Origin: Felis catus
Lineage: Eukaryota
Reading direction: 5' to 3'
Assembly (NCBI RefSeq): GCF_018350175.1
Contig: NC_058368.1
Coordinates: 151,282,001-151,346,000 of the forward strand
DNA length: 64,000 nucleotides
Position 1 is the stretch's first letter. Each line of letters begins with the position of its first letter. The notes below the pieces were generated by a model that worked only from the letters and a program-made list of their open reading frames with translations, was not told where the DNA came from and made no database searches. Positions 42,350-56,587 of the stretch are shown here, in pieces. The position numbers were made by a program, and so were the translations under genes.

Positions 42350-43070
42350 TTATGATGAAGCCATGTGGTGTCATGAAGAAAGAGTGGACAAGGAGTTAGG
42401 AAATTTGTATTCCAGTCCTGACCTTGCACTGACCAGCATGTGACATTATCTTCCTCCTCTGTAAATTTAGAGAATGACATGAAATTTATTGCACAAGACT
42501 TCCAATTCTTAAAATGATATATGATTCTAACTTATTAAAGACTTCCTTGACTGCTTAAATACTGTATTTTAATGCAAGAATTCCCAGGGCTAAATGGGTA
42601 AAGGGCACTAAGGAATCTACTCCTGAAATCATTGTTGCACTATATGCTAACTAATTTGGATGTGTATTTAAAAAAAAAAAAAAAGAACTCCCAGGTCTGC
42701 TACAAAAACCATATAGACATTGTTTATATTTGCAATGGCCAGAGGTATACAGAGAACAACTTGAATTACTGTGGTAGAATTGATCTCTACTTCTGCAAAA
42801 CTCTTCTGACACTTGGGTTTAATTTTCAGGTTCTGGCAAAACTGCCCAGAAACAGTTTTCTGTCATGTTCAGGGAGGAAGAGAGTCTCTTTTCCCCTGAA
42901 AAAAAAAAAGTATTTTGTTGCAAAACAGAAGGACTGGGTTCTACCCATGGTTCTGCCACTAAGTAAGTAGGCAACCTTAGGCAAAGCAAATGACTCTCTT
43001 CTTTGGACTTCATTTTTCTTGTCTGTAAAATGAGCCAGATATTCTAGGTAACCTTTAAGACTCCTTGTAT
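42350..43070 (+). mobile_element. Two MIR fragments (about 42350-42520 and 42920-43070)
   Basis: ccagtcctgaccttgcactgaccagcatgtgac; ggttctgccactaagtaagtaggcaaccttaggcaaag ... tctgtaaaatgag. Confidence 0.6.
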
Positions 43071-45852
43071 TGTCAGAATGCTCAATTACAGTCCCAGTTA
43101 GAATCACTTGATTGACTCATGAGTTAAGAAAAAGGTTTAGGTTGGAAGCCTCCCCTTAATGTGTCAAAACAGGTCAAATTACAACTTTTCAGTGAAAAAA
43201 ATTTCTTTTGCTATCACCACTATTAACCACATGTAATCATTTATCTTTCACAAAAACAGTAATTGTCATATTGCAGATATGGTTTTAAGGTCTCTAATGT
43301 GCTTTGAATTACTTGGAACACCACTCCACCCCACCCCCCGACACACCACACACACAGTGTTCTTATAAATAACAAGTAAATTCTCTCCCCCACAAGGATA
43401 CTAAATTTAGTCTGGAGAAGCATTCCACATGCTTTTAAACATAGAACTAGTGTCTAATAGCTAAGATCACTACCATGGTACAGAATTTTTCCTTCTCTCT
43501 TTTTCTTCATTTAAGTTTTATAATATCAGAGCAACTATTAGTCCTATCATAAAGTTTTACTCTTCTTATGTTTGACCCTGGATTTATTTGTTGGATAGGT
43601 AAGTAAGAACCACTGATCATTAAGGTTCACTATTGATTACTAAAGTTTGCAAAAAGGAAAAAAAAAAAGAAATATTACCATATGAAAAGTATACCTTGAT
43701 TAAAAGTTACTTCCTGACTTTGGAAACCATAATTGTGAGAAACGGGTAGCTTGAGTCAAGGAAATAGAATCAGTTGCTCGTGTAAGGAGTGGGCATATTT
43801 GAAATATTATCCAGAACTCCCTGACTTTTCTGGGAAGCTCCTTCTAGTGGATCTTCCTTTTTGAACCTTGCCTGTCCCAGACACCAACATGCAGCACTGT
43901 ATCATATGTAATGTCTTGGAATTTATATCCTGAGCTTCAGTGATGAGTCTTTCTGTTTAAATACATTGCCGTGATCCTACCTCTGAAAACTGCTGGTGGA
44001 AATATTGAAACAATCATTCAGTTTCCCATGTTGCAGATGCCTAGATCTTATTGCATTGTGCCAACAAGCTGCTTCTTTCCTACAAGAAGTGAAACCAGAG
44101 CTCTTAGGGCCAGGTCAAAAAATTATTGGCTGGCAAAAACCGAACTACGAAAAATCATGATGTTGCCAATTCACTGACAGAAACTTACTGGTCTACTATT
44201 GGGGAAAATTAGGTGATAATGTTGTGAGTATAAAATTAAACTTTGTAATGTACATCATCTTGATTAAAATGACCAGATAGAAAAATTAAATATATTTGTG
44301 CCATAAGGACCAGACTATAGATTTGAATTCGAGCTCTGGACAGTTTGGAAGTAATATTGTAAATCTGTAAAGTACAAGACTAGCTTAATCTTACACTTGG
44401 TGGGGATTGTTCGATTTGCTAACCAATAGCTTTATTTTTTATCATAGGTAAATTGTCTTATGATTTCAAGATACAAACTGGGGGAGTTTTGTTTTTCTGC
44501 TTTACTTAAATGATACAAAAATTACATTTACAACCTACCTAGATATATGAAAAATTTCTGTAATTTTTTTTTTCTGAATTTCAGATGTCAGTTTAACCTT
44601 CGTGGGCTTCTAAAATGGATTATCATCTAATAGGAACAGATTACATTTTTCACTGTGGGGGGAGAGGCATATTTCTGGGTAGTAGGTACACAACGTCTCC
44701 TGTTTCCTCACCCCTACTTTATTTTAAATATTCAGACATGGGCATGGGTACTCTCCTCACCCCTTTTTATAGTTTCTGCCCTCTAACTGCTCTTCCTTTC
44801 CTTTGGGCATCAAAGTTTCCCTTGCGGCTACAGCTATAAAACATTATTTTGACAGGGTCCCAGAGGTAAAGTCTGGTGCTCTCTAAGGCGATTCAGCTCA
44901 GCAGATATTCGCTGGATGATTATTATGGCTGGAGTGTTTTAGAGGATGACTTTCCTTTTTCCCATCCTCTTCAAATCCAACTGCCCTGGCCCTTCTTCTC
45001 CTAAGGACTCATTAGAAGCGCACAATTTATCTTTCAGAACTTATCTTACGTGATAATGACTTTATGCATTACCCCTGCCAGATAACTTCTGCCTTTAAAT
45101 GGTGGTTGCCAATGCCTTTAAACTGAAGTCTTGAAGTCTTAGTCACCAGGATCAAGCCAAGGCCTGCTGAAGGTGCTCAGTGTTGCTCAGATTATACCAT
45201 TGAAAAGTTTCCCTGTTCACTCAGAGGAATGAAGGGGTAGATAAAGAGCTAAAGTTAGTTTTGTTTTTATTTTTAAGTGTAATAAATAATAAAATAAGGA
45301 AGTGCTTTTAAAAGGGAGCGTTTTTTTTTGCTATTACTAATTTCACCTTCTCTCTTGTCTTTTGAAATTATTATTGTTATCAAATGACTGCAATAAACTT
45401 ACCACAATTTTTTTAAAAATCACTCTTGGCACAATCAAAAATGCTCAGAAATGACTGCTTATCACATCAAACTTTTAAGTTATGATTACATTTGTGTAAC
45501 CTCATCAGTCTTCTCAAGCTGCAAATAATAAACACCAGGAACATTTTTCTGTAAGTATTTATCAGCATGCTGTGTTGAAAATTAGATGGGGTAAAATATT
45601 GGCATTTGGTTGAATCGATCTAGTTAATTTATGTACTATAAAAAGTATAAGTCAATCCACTTATAGCCATTCAGTTGACACAACAAATTTTAAAATTGAG
45701 AATGAGAGTTTCATCAATGAGAATTGGGGAAGTACAAAATACTTATCTTTTAGACAAAGTTGTCATTTAACTCACTGAAGATTTGTCTGAAATGAGTTTG
45801 GAGAATTTTCTTCCATGCCTGAAGTGAGCTGGTTTGTTTTAACTGCTACTCT

Positions 45853-46069
45853 TTTTTTTTTTTTTTTTAAAGTTTATTTATTTATTTTGAGAGATAGAGT
45901 GTGAGTGCGTGCAGTGTAGGGGCAGAGAGACAGAGACAGAGGATCCCAAGCAGGCTCTGCGCTGACAGAGCAAGCCCAGTGCGAGGCTCCGGGCTTGAAC
46001 TTCTAAACTGTGAGATCATGACCTAAGCCAAAGTCTGTTGCTTAACGCTCTGAGCTACCCAGGTGCCCC
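45853..46069 (-). mobile_element. Can-SINE
   Basis: TSD aactgctactctt (45841) / aactgctattctt (46071). Confidence 0.93.
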
Positions 46070-46192
46070 GAACTGCTATTCTTAAAAGGGAATAGCTAGA
46101 TAGCTCAGTAGTTCTTTTCTAAATCATGAATTACTGTTTGTGATTTGTAAAGTCTAAAATAATACAACTACTCTTTAAAATACCAGTGCAGT

Positions 46193-46398
46193 GGGGTGCC
46201 TGGGTGGCTCAGTCGGTTAAGTGTCTGAGTTCGGCTCAGGTTATGATCTCACGGTTTGTGAGTTCAAGCCCCGTGTTGGGCTCTGTGCTGTCAGTTCAGA
46301 GCCTGGAGCCTGCTTCAGATTCTGTGTTTCCCTCTCTCTGTCTCCTCCTCTCACTCTGTCTCTCAAAAAATGAATAAACGTTAAAAAAATTTTTTTTA
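46193..46398 (+). mobile_element. Can-SINE
   Basis: GGGGTGCCTGGGTGGCTCAGTCGGTTAAG head, A-rich tail. Confidence 0.94.
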
Positions 46399-47273
46399 AG
46401 ACCACTGCATTGCTCTTTGGTATTTAGACAGCAAATGAGACAATCAGAGCTGGTTTATGTGTATTTATTTTCAAAAACTATCTGGGGAAATCTTTGATTT
46501 TATTTATGAGGTTGTGTTTACCTATTTAAAAAAGTAAATCTGAACTCCTATACATGGATTTCTCCTCTAAACATAAATATCTCTTACAGCTTTCCCTTAA
46601 AAATAATATAAAATATTTTTATAGGTAAAGAAGCAAATAAGCTATAAAGAAACCCCAGAAAACTCCTCAAAGCATTTTCCTTTCATTGTGAGAACTGAGT
46701 TTACCTTACAATTGCCCAAGTAAATGCTTGAAGATTTTCCTAAATCAACATGGTTATGAGTTGTCTTACTGAGAATAATAGCATTTTTTATTACTCTTAT
46801 TTTTTAAGTCCTTTTATATTTGTGGGAAATTTTAACTTCTTGGTAAAAGGTATTTTCATTGGAGTAAAAATGGGACTTTCAGATGTCTGTCATTTTCTAA
46901 AATGCTTTGAAGTTTGAATTCTCTATGTATATCAAGAGAGTAAGTCCCTCTGAATAGAATGTACTAATAATAAATTTAGGATTTCAAGAATCAACCTACA
47001 TTACAGTTACAAAACTATACCTGTTATTGACATCACAGTTAGCTTTTGTGCAAATTTCATCTGTGACAAGTATTTATTATACTTATCAAACTGCAGGAAA
47101 AAGGCTCTGACACTGAAGTTTTTAAAATAGTGACAGGCACTGAATGTAGATGGCCTTGGACCAATAGATACTACGATAAGATAGTGCAAAGAGGTCAAAG
47201 CAGTTGTAGAAAATAAAAGGAAGTTGAAGTATTCATGGCTATTCGGCAGTTCATTTTTAAAAAGAGTGCTATA

Positions 47274-47482
47274 GTGGTGCCTGGGTAGCTCAGTCCATTA
47301 AACATCTGACTCTTGATTTCGGCTCAGGTCATGATCTCACACTCGTGAGCTCAAGCCCTGTGTCTGGCACTGTGCTGATAACACAGCCTCCTTGAGATTC
47401 TCTCTCTCTCCCTTTCTCTCTGCCCCTCCCCCACTCACACTCTCTCTATCTCAAAATAAATATATAAATTAAAAAAATAAAT
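47274..47482 (+). mobile_element. Can-SINE (older)
   Basis: Degenerate TSD aaaaagagtgctata / aaaaagactgctgta. Confidence 0.92.
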
Positions 47483-47525
47483 AAAAAGACTGCTGTACCT
47501 CCATGAGAAGCCTGAGGAAAGGCAT

Positions 47526-48130
47526 TGTAGTAGACAGAATTCCAATATGGCTCCCTCGATCCCCCTTTCTGGTATATAATACCCGTCTTTGGAGTAGGAA
47601 CAAGACTTATGAATATGAAGGGACATCACTCTGGTGAGTATGTTACATTATATGGCAGAAGGGATTTTGCAGATACAGTTAAGGCCTTTAATCATTTCAC
47701 TTTGATTTAATCAAGGGGAAGATAATCCTCAGTGAACCTGACCTACTCAGGTGAGCTCTTAAAAGAGGTCAGAGAGATTTGAGGCGTTAGAAAGATTCTT
47801 CTGCTGGGCTTGAGGTAGTAAGCTTCTATGGCCGGGTGTAGAGAATCAGAGCTAAAAGTAGTCCTTAGTAAATGGCTTGCAAGAAAATAAGGCTATTGTT
47901 CATACAACTGCAAGAACATGATTTCAGCCATCAACCATGGAGTTTGGAAGAGGACTCTAGAGGCATACATGTGATTATAGGCCCTGCCGACTCCTTGATT
48001 TTAGCCAGATGACACCCTGAGCACAGGACCCAGTTGAATCATGTTTAAACTCAGAAAGAAAACCATGAGATAATAAATTTGTATTGTTTTAGGCTGATAA
48101 GTTTGTGTTATTCTTTTATGTAACAGTAGT
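47526..48130 (+). mobile_element. MaLR LTR (MLT1D/E-like)
   Basis: tgtagtagacagaatt start; gggattttgcagat; ataaatttgtattgttttaggc...agtttgtg end. Confidence 0.8.
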
Positions 48131-49808
48131 TACGCTTCACTTAAAAATGTAACAGCTTTTTAAGCTTTACTTAAAAATGTAGAAGAGCTATCAGCGTGGC
48201 AACAATAAAGCCCACCCTAGAGAATCTCAGATGGGGTGCGTGCCTTCCACTTTCCAGTTTGCCACAGTCCCTGCACTCCCAATGTCCTGTCTGACCCTGA
48301 GATATGAGCATCGGTTGCAGTTCATCATTGCACTTGCCCTGTTGTTATTCTTAAAGAATGCTACAAATGTTATTCTTAAACATTTTTTTTCTGTACTCGT
48401 TTCTCTAACCAAAGTGGAAGATGAAAGATGGAACTCAGAGGGCTCCTTATTTCTCAAGTTCAATCTGCTTTCTTCATTTCTGATCTTGTTGACATTTGCT
48501 ATTGTGACCCCTGGAGATTAAAGAAATAATTGATTGGGAGCACCTAGTATAACCTGGACCAGATGCTTAGCAAATGTTAGTTTCCTTCCATCCAGCCTTT
48601 CTTGTAGGTGTTTGAAACATTTGGACTCAGAATAAAGTGGTTATAACAGTCCCAGTGATTGTAAGTAGAGTGGTATAGCAAGATGTTGAATTCAAGCAGG
48701 AAAGACTAAGATTACATTTCTAGTAAAGCAGAGCATATAAAGAAGGAAGACAGTATGATAACCATGTAGGTGACCCCAATTTTCCCTTTCTATCTCTTCT
48801 AAAATCAATGGAATTTCTCCCCAGAGCCAGGAAAGGGAGAAAACCATCCCCTACTGCAGTGTTCGGTTTCAGTTGGCTATATATCCCTGGCCTCTGGGTG
48901 AGGTTAACTGTGCAAAGGAAAGTCACACTTTCAGAACAGTTAGATATTTTTTCTCACTAAACCACATTCAAGACACTAATTCCATTTCTTTACTGGCTGT
49001 AGATAGGTGAATTAGCAAGAAACCATTCCTGCATTGTCTTCTAGTCTTCAAATGAAGCCTAATTAAAGAAATATATAGTTTTTATTGAGCCGCAAGAAAA
49101 AGGGACATGGGGCACAATTAAGTTCGCATCAATAATTAAAGCCATAAAATTATTAATGTAGCAAATATTACACATTAATAAGAAATATATTTTGTCACCA
49201 ACCGCTTCATAAAATCATTCATAATCTATAATCCAAAAGGAGAAATAGAGAAGGAATATACAAGAAATATTATGTTGTAGCCATAAGTTTATTGCTGCTG
49301 AAAGTAAGATGTTTGCCATATTCCAACATTACCATTTCAAACATAAAATTGTTCTAGATCAGTAAAAAAAAAAAAGGTGAGAAGAAAGGATGTAATTATG
49401 ATAATAATGGCTTGTATGTAACATGAAGTTTTTTTAGGGAGATAAAAATATTTATCAATCTGCCCAGTATTTTCCTCTGCTAGAAGACTACATGTTCAAT
49501 AGAGAGCAAGGAGGTGCCTTCTCCACCTTCACTCCATATCTCTTTGGCTGAGCTGAATTCATTCTGCTCTTGCCCTCTTTGGAGAGAGATTTGATTTCAA
49601 AGTGAACACTCTGATTCATGGATCACCTACTGAGAACATTTCTTAATCATTAGAAGTCCTGTGGAGAGTGTTGAGGAATGGGTATTCATCCCCTCTCCCA
49701 CCCACCTGCCCATCCTGTACTTCTTTATCATAGTCCTATCACCTGCTTCTGCCATCAGCAGTCTACTTGCACATATCCTGTAGCCTTATACAGCATGGCC
49801 TTATACAA

Positions 49809-49995
49809 CGGGCGTCTGGAGGGCTTAGTTGGTTAAGCGTCCGACTTCACCACTCCACATCAGGCTCTGTGCTGACTGCTCGGAGTCTGGAGCCTGCTTC
49901 GGATTCTGTGTCTCCCTCTCTCTCTCCCCCTCCCCTGCTCATGTGCACTTTCTCTTCCTCTGTGTCTCAAAAATGAATAAACGTTAAAAAAAAAT
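49809..49995 (+). mobile_element. Can-SINE with internal deletion
   Basis: Head jumps from gtccgacttc to ccacatcaggctctgtgctg; the gtcatgatctc..gagttcgag segment is missing. Confidence 0.88.
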
Positions 49996-50879
49996 AGGTA
50001 CCAGTAACAAATATTTAAGGTAACAAATACTTAAGGAATAAATGAATGAGGTAGTAAGAGAGTTGTTTTGTCCCAATTAAGGTTAAGATTGCGTTTATTT
50101 GTTGCATGATTTAGAAGCATCTCAATCAGATTCTGTTAGTGCATCCAGTATTTAAAAGTTAGTAAATACCTGCCATGAGCAAGTTGTTGGGGTAAAATAA
50201 GGTGAAGGAGGTTAAGTTTTCTGTCTTTTAATCCAAGAGGGAAAAGGTAATATGTAAGTAGACTGTAGAAACTGTCAGAGAGAGGCACTAACAAAATAAA
50301 ATAGGGGGTTCACAAGGGGAAAATGAATAGTTAACTTAAGAGTTAAGAAAGCTTCATGGAGAGAATGACGTTTAGAATGTGTGGTAATGAAGGGAAGAGG
50401 TTTTAAAGAGGTAAGATTATGGGTATCTTCGTGGTTAGATGTGCAAAGAAGGAGCATGAGCAAACAGAGGGAAACTCTACACCTGCTCAGGGATAGCATG
50501 TTTTCCAAGCAGGCTGAAACAATTTCCAAGAAAGACCTGGAAAATGAGGCTTCAAGGGGTGGGTTAGAGCTCTGTTGAGGTGGCCTTTGAGTGGTAGCCC
50601 TGGAAGGTTAATGATCAAACTCTGTGCATCATCACTCCCTATGGCATGTTCTGTGTTTTCACACTTGGCACTATGCCAGTTTAGTTTGTGTCCTTTTTTA
50701 AGGGAATTGCACTCCCAACAGCATCTAGCTCTCCTAGATTGGGTCCTCTGGCTCCAATTTCTTTTGTATCTTTCATGGTTCTTTGCTTATAAGAAATAAT
50801 AACTACCAATTCATTATGGATTATTATTTTCTAATTTGATCCCTGAATAGTTTGGCTGATCTCAATTCCAAAGTATCAG

Positions 50880-51050
50880 TAAGTTCTATATATCGTCTTA
50901 ATTTTCCCGAGAGCATTGTGGAATAAGTATGCTTATTTTACAATGGATCAAAACCAGGTGCAGAGATTAAGATAATTGTTCACTTTCTTCCAGTGAGACA
51001 GGAATCCACATATGCTTATTTCAAATCCTGGGCACTTCCCTTTGTACCAC
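50880..51050 (-). mobile_element. MIR
   Basis: attttacaatggatcaaaacca-ggtgcagagattaagataatt is MIR-like. Confidence 0.5.
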
Positions 51051-53019
51051 ATTGTTGTAGCATCTAGAATATGGAAGATTTAACACTTTATAAGACCAGC
51101 CAGAAGGAAGGAAAAAAGATACATTTCTGGGGTCATAAAAGAGAAACTGAAGAGAAGCCCTCTTCCCACACAAATCCAAATTTCACTTGGATCCAAGTGT
51201 TCATTGTGACCCAGTTAATCTTTCTCATAGATTTTAATTTTGCCTGTATATTTTATATCTCATCTCTTCATTTTTTCTTCATTTTGTATATCTCATCTCT
51301 CAAGTCTTTTTTTTTTTTTCCAAATAATGTTGGGCCATCATAATATTAGCTATTATTTGCCAAGCACCTACTACTATATACAGAGAGCTATACTCACTGT
51401 ATAGCTGCTTTACACATATTGTGTTTATTCTTCTTGGAATTCTGCAAGCCCATTTTATAGAGGTCTCACTGAACTAACTTTCCAATCTGGTCCTGCCTTC
51501 AGATTTTGAGATCTTCCCTCCTGTGTCCAAAGCTACTGGTTTCCAGCCGGGAACATTGCTTACTGAGTCCATTCTTCTGCTTCTTTCTGAACACACGATT
51601 CAGGTCAAGCGCTAATCCCATAGCCCTATGCAACTTCTCCAAGAGGAGTTTCATTTGTTGCCCATCCTCCAAGTCCCCATTGTGTGCCTGATTCTAGTCT
51701 AATTGCAGAGAAGCTATTGAGGGACACCAGTACAAACCATACTTTTTATCTTGTAGAGATATCTTTCATCTTATGGGGACATGCATACTTCAGTTAAATC
51801 AAATACAGAAACAATTACACGGAAATCAATGGAATATATATATGTATTATGAGTTCTAGAAGGTTAGAGGGAGAAAGAAGAAGAGGATAGAGTTGAGCCT
51901 TGAAAACTGGGTAAAATTTGGGTGAATAGAAAAAAAGAAATGAGCATTTGGTGGACATGTGAGCACCATGAGAAAAGGTGCTGGCCTGTGAATGTGTTTA
52001 TTAAAACACTCTGACTCATCTTTGAATTCTTTCTTGGTTCTTCCTAATGACCTATCAAAAAACTATTTTTGAGCCACTCCACATGGTTATGGCGTGGAAA
52101 ATTTTTGTGTGTAGCTCAGAGTAAGACTTGGTATAGCTTAAATGCAGTTTAATGTCAGAAATCAAGCAAAGGGCTGATAGGCCTAAAGGTACAAGCAATA
52201 GTTATGGGCAATCATGTAAAGACTTTCCGCCAGACAGTCATTCTAACCTAAAGTGCTAACCTCCATCTGGTTTGGACTACTAACTTAATGTGTGGGTGGA
52301 GGTGTGAAATTTGAAATCTTTTGAAGAGACTAGGGCAGTATTTAACCTCAAAAGAGTGTGATTTCTGTTGTAAAACTTGAAAAAAAAAAAAGATGTGGTT
52401 ACACCACAAACATATACATCACCTCCAATCCGAATCTTGCTTGATCATATGACCGCAATTTTTTCTTTCTGCCCCTGATACAGATATCTTATGCTAAACC
52501 ACCAGGGATAAATCTGCTCTGAACATGTTGAATTGCTTCAGAGATTTTCACTAATATCAGGTGGTTTTCTATAAAGCAGTGAAGCATCCAGTGACTCTGG
52601 ATTCACCAATTCACCCCCAACCCCTTCTCTCAGCTGCTTGTGGATGGCACCTGGAAGTCCTTCATACTGACTCATCTTGTATTATTGACTTCAGCATCTA
52701 AAGCAATGCCAGCAGGGTTAGGTTTCCAAGTTATTGTGTATCCAGGGTTGAGAACCATTGATTTAGAATCTTCATATTTAAAAAGGTGAATGTAGTGGGT
52801 TTGAGTCATGATATAAATATCATAATGGAAAAGCTCATCAAGTTGAACCAATATCAACCTTTTTAGGGAGGATGAGAAATGTTCCCAGTGGGATTCCTAT
52901 TCTATGCTAAAAGAAGAAGGCTTTCAGGAACTGGCCTAAAGACTACAAAAAGTTAGAAATTGAGTCTTCTGTGTCCAAATCCTGTGTCCTTTCTACCAGG
53001 TTATTCACTTTGATTTGGT

Positions 53020-53270
53020 ATGATTTGCTCAAATATCAGAGCCTTGGAAGAGGTTTTCTTTGACTGTCCAATCCAAAATTGTCTTTCTCTAGCAAATTAC
53101 CATGTTTTAAATTATTTGTACATAACAATACACTACCTGAAATCATAGCAAGTGGTTCCATGAGAGCAGGTACCTTCCCTGTCTTGTTCACTGTATATCC
53201 CCAAGCATCTACAACAGTGATTTGTATACTGAGTGAAAATATACTTGTTGTTGAATGAATGAATGAATCA
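53020..53270 (+). mobile_element. L2 3' end
   Basis: ccatgagagcagg ... tgtcttgttcactgtatatcccca ... ttgttgaatgaatgaatgaat. Confidence 0.8.
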
Positions 53271-54334
53271 GTGGGAATTTTGCATTCCTACAAATCTGTC
53301 AATTCCGTCATGTGGCTTATGTCTAGTTGGAGGTGGAGCAGGGACACTTTTAATAGGATAGGGGGGTTCTCAGAGCAGCAGCTGTATTTGAGGCAGAAAA
53401 TCAATTTCTACCCTGGATGACATTTTCAAAAGAAGTGTATCTGGTAGCATGGAACCTTCTGTCTGACAGGGCTTATGTCAAAATACTAGGATGTCTAGAT
53501 GAGTGGCCCACATTCTGTAGAAAGGGTGTGCCATTCAAAGATGCCCCGAACTGTACCTGCAATTTAGTCCTTGCTCTAAAGACTTTTTGCCCATACAAAT
53601 AAGAGGGTGACTATGGCTTTGTGAGTATACTTCTGCTTAGCAAGAAAATTTGTGTGCAAATGTATATATTTGTGCACATTTTATAAGCTTGGTGAAAAAG
53701 AAATAGGGGATAGCGGATTTCCCAAGTTAGTTAGTATTTACAATATTTTTGGTAATAGGGTGGAGGATGCCTGTCTGGTATGTTCTCAAATATTTGAAAC
53801 ACAGCCATTGTTTAAGACTAAAATTCACAGTATGATGGAAACAATATCAGAAAAAATGTAGATAATTAATCACAACTTACGCAAAACATGTTAAGTAAAT
53901 GAACCCAACCACTTGTCATGTACACACCATTGTACTAAGGAATGCTTTTCCTCATGATATTCATTACTGAGGAAAATTGTTACCAAAGTGGTTTAGCTTC
54001 TCCGTTCCCATGTTTGGAATTAAACATTTTTAATGGTTATCTACTTCCCACTGTCTGCCTAGGACAAGCCTTGTCTTGTCAGTAAAGTACTAAGCTTAAG
54101 ACCAGAATTAAGATAGGGTTGTGAATTCAGAAAGATAAAGACAAGCTGGAGGCTGGTCTGAGGAGTCAGAGGTGGTGAGGGGTAGGAGGTGGGGGAGGGA
54201 GTGGGGAAGGAGAAGGCAGGGAATTTGGTTTTATGTGTAGGCAGAGCAAGGTGATGGCTTTCTTTGTGCCATTCAGCATCCTAGGGAGTATTTGTATTTC
54301 TTTCATTCCACTTTTCCTTCTCTCCCTCCTAATC

Positions 54335-54338
<4 letters not shown>

Positions 54339-54380
<42 letters not shown>
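54339..54380. repeat. (CA)21 microsatellite
   Basis: Direct reading. Confidence 0.95.
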
Positions 54381-54382
<2 letters not shown>

Positions 54383-56219
54383 TACACCTTCTTTAATAAG
54401 GAGACAAGTCTTTTATTTTATAACTAGAGAAGAGAATACTGCAGGTAGAAGACAATTACTGATTGATATTCTCATACTTTTGGAAATAACTGATAAAGGA
54501 TTTTTTTCCTGAGCTGGAAAAAGAAGGGAGTTAATAAATTTGGGGCTTCTGCTATGTACCCAGTTCTGTCTTAGGAGAATTAAACATACTTTCAAAATTT
54601 CATTTAATATAAAATTTAGATGATCTTAGGTAGGCAATAGGAAACCCTCCTAAATGGGAGGCCAGCTTTTTTGCAGACAAAATGTGTCCACTTCAGAATT
54701 TTCCTTGGGGCTGGATTTTTTCAAAATGGGGAACACAGGATAAAAAAGTGCCTAGGTTTCCATCTCTGAATCCCAAGTGAGTGTATAGTTTAAAAACATT
54801 TTAAAAAGTAAAACTAAAACTGTTAAAAATAAGTTAAAGTAATAAGAGTATGTCATCAATAAGTTAATGACTATTGCAATTATAAATTAATAGTCGTGGC
54901 TTCTTTTGACCTGCCCCAGATGTCATGTCAATTGATTAAATGTTCTGAGACAATGAAATGGAGAAAGACAACTTTATTATAATGCTTCAGGCAGGGAATA
55001 TTTTTATTTTGCTATTAAGAGCACATCCACATGTCAATGACCAATTCCATTTGGAGAAAAGACACTTTGAGGGATGTGTACAATTAGGAACAATTTCCAA
55101 GGTGAATCTTGGGTCTGAACTAACCACCTCTGTTATTTTTAGTTTATATTAGGAATCATAAAAGCATTCTTAGGCTTTATTTTGACTCAGGGCAAAAGAG
55201 TTGTTGGTTCCACGTCTCATAGGTGTCATGGGCTGGCATGGCCCTGCTGGGCTGGCATCCTCAGTAGACAGTGCTAGAAGTATGTTCTGCCTTGGGTCTC
55301 CACACTTCCACAGATGGGGAATAAATTGGAAAAGGTGTGAGGAAACTAGCATATTTCCAGCTGCATTCTCCTGCTAGCCATTCTGAATGTGCTGGGGATG
55401 CTGTCTTCTTGTGGGTGATTTGGCAGCCAGGGACCTGCCTTCTGGGACAGCTGTTTGAGCCTCATCTTCTCTGTGGTGATGGGGTGAATCTGAGAGGAAA
55501 AACAATCATTTTCCTAGAAAAATATCTTCCTTGAAAAAAATAATGGTACCTACTTCATAAACTCTAGATAGGAGATAAGAAACCGTGGATGAAGGAGAGG
55601 TATATTTGATACGGGGGAATAGTTGATGGTAAACCTGCTTGTAATTTGATCAGCTGGACAAAAACTGGTGGTTTGGCAGGCAGCACTAAATCCCAAATCA
55701 CTAGAAAAAAATGGTCTGTTGAGTGGACCTGTAGGCATATAATCTGATATCTCATAGCCCGTTACATCAGGAATTGGTTACTTATGGGGACTAAACAACT
55801 CTGCAATGGCCCATGGCTCTGTCCCCCCAAGGAATAGGCAGCACTTTCGTTTTGTCCCCAGAGACCATGATTAATGTAATATGTAGCACATCTGTTTCAG
55901 GCCAAACTGTCATCTTTCCCTGACCTTCTCCTCTGAATTTCTGTTCTAGTCATTTCTTATTTTTATTATTTTCTTGATCACTATTTTATTATTATAACAT
56001 GTCCCTTTTAAAATGTGGAAGATCCAAATAGAGCATAATGTTTAAGAATATTTATAATGCTGGTCATGAGCAAGAAGTAGAGAATCATGACTTTTGAATG
56101 TTCTACTTTTTAAAATATAGACTAGTTCACTGCTAATTTTAGTGACCAAATTTATTACTGGATCATACAACTAGAATGATTTATTTTCACTTTTGTTAAC
56201 AGGCTTGGAAACCAAGAAC

Positions 56220-56500
56220 ATCACTCATTCACAAATACATTATGTCCCAGACACTGTTTTGACTCCAGAGTGGGAATATGGTGGTCCTTACTGTTCTAGA
56301 GCTCATGGTCAATGGGGGATATGAACGCTAATCAGTCAGTTGCAATGCAGTTGTATTTGTTTTTGTGACAAGAGGAAGAATAGGATGGTAAGAAGGTATA
56401 TAGAAGGGATGCCCGTGGTCAGGGGAGCCTTTCTGAAGGAAGTGCTACCTAATTTGAGGACTTCAAGAACTCCTCTAGAGATCACTGGATAAAGAATATG
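56220..56500 (-). mobile_element. L2 relic
   Basis: tcactcattcacaaata 3' end; gtggtcaggggagcctttctgaaggaagtg. Confidence 0.6.
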
Positions 56501-56587
56501 AAGCTGATATGATGGTATGTACAGTCACCCAGTTCTGTCCCCACAATGTGTTGCCATATTTTGTTATAACTTTAAAATAGGAACAGA

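Noticed and set aside
48135..51300. Small local duplications (acttaaaaatgta x2 near 48140, gtaacaaatatttaag x2 near 50005, tatatctcatctct x2 near 51250)
   Set aside because: Ordinary slippage duplications, not arrays; nothing CRISPR-like
51500..51700. Coding-looking open stretch on the minus strand (QAHNGDLEDGQQMKLLLEKL...)
   Set aside because: No convincing splice sites or known homology; could be a decayed LINE
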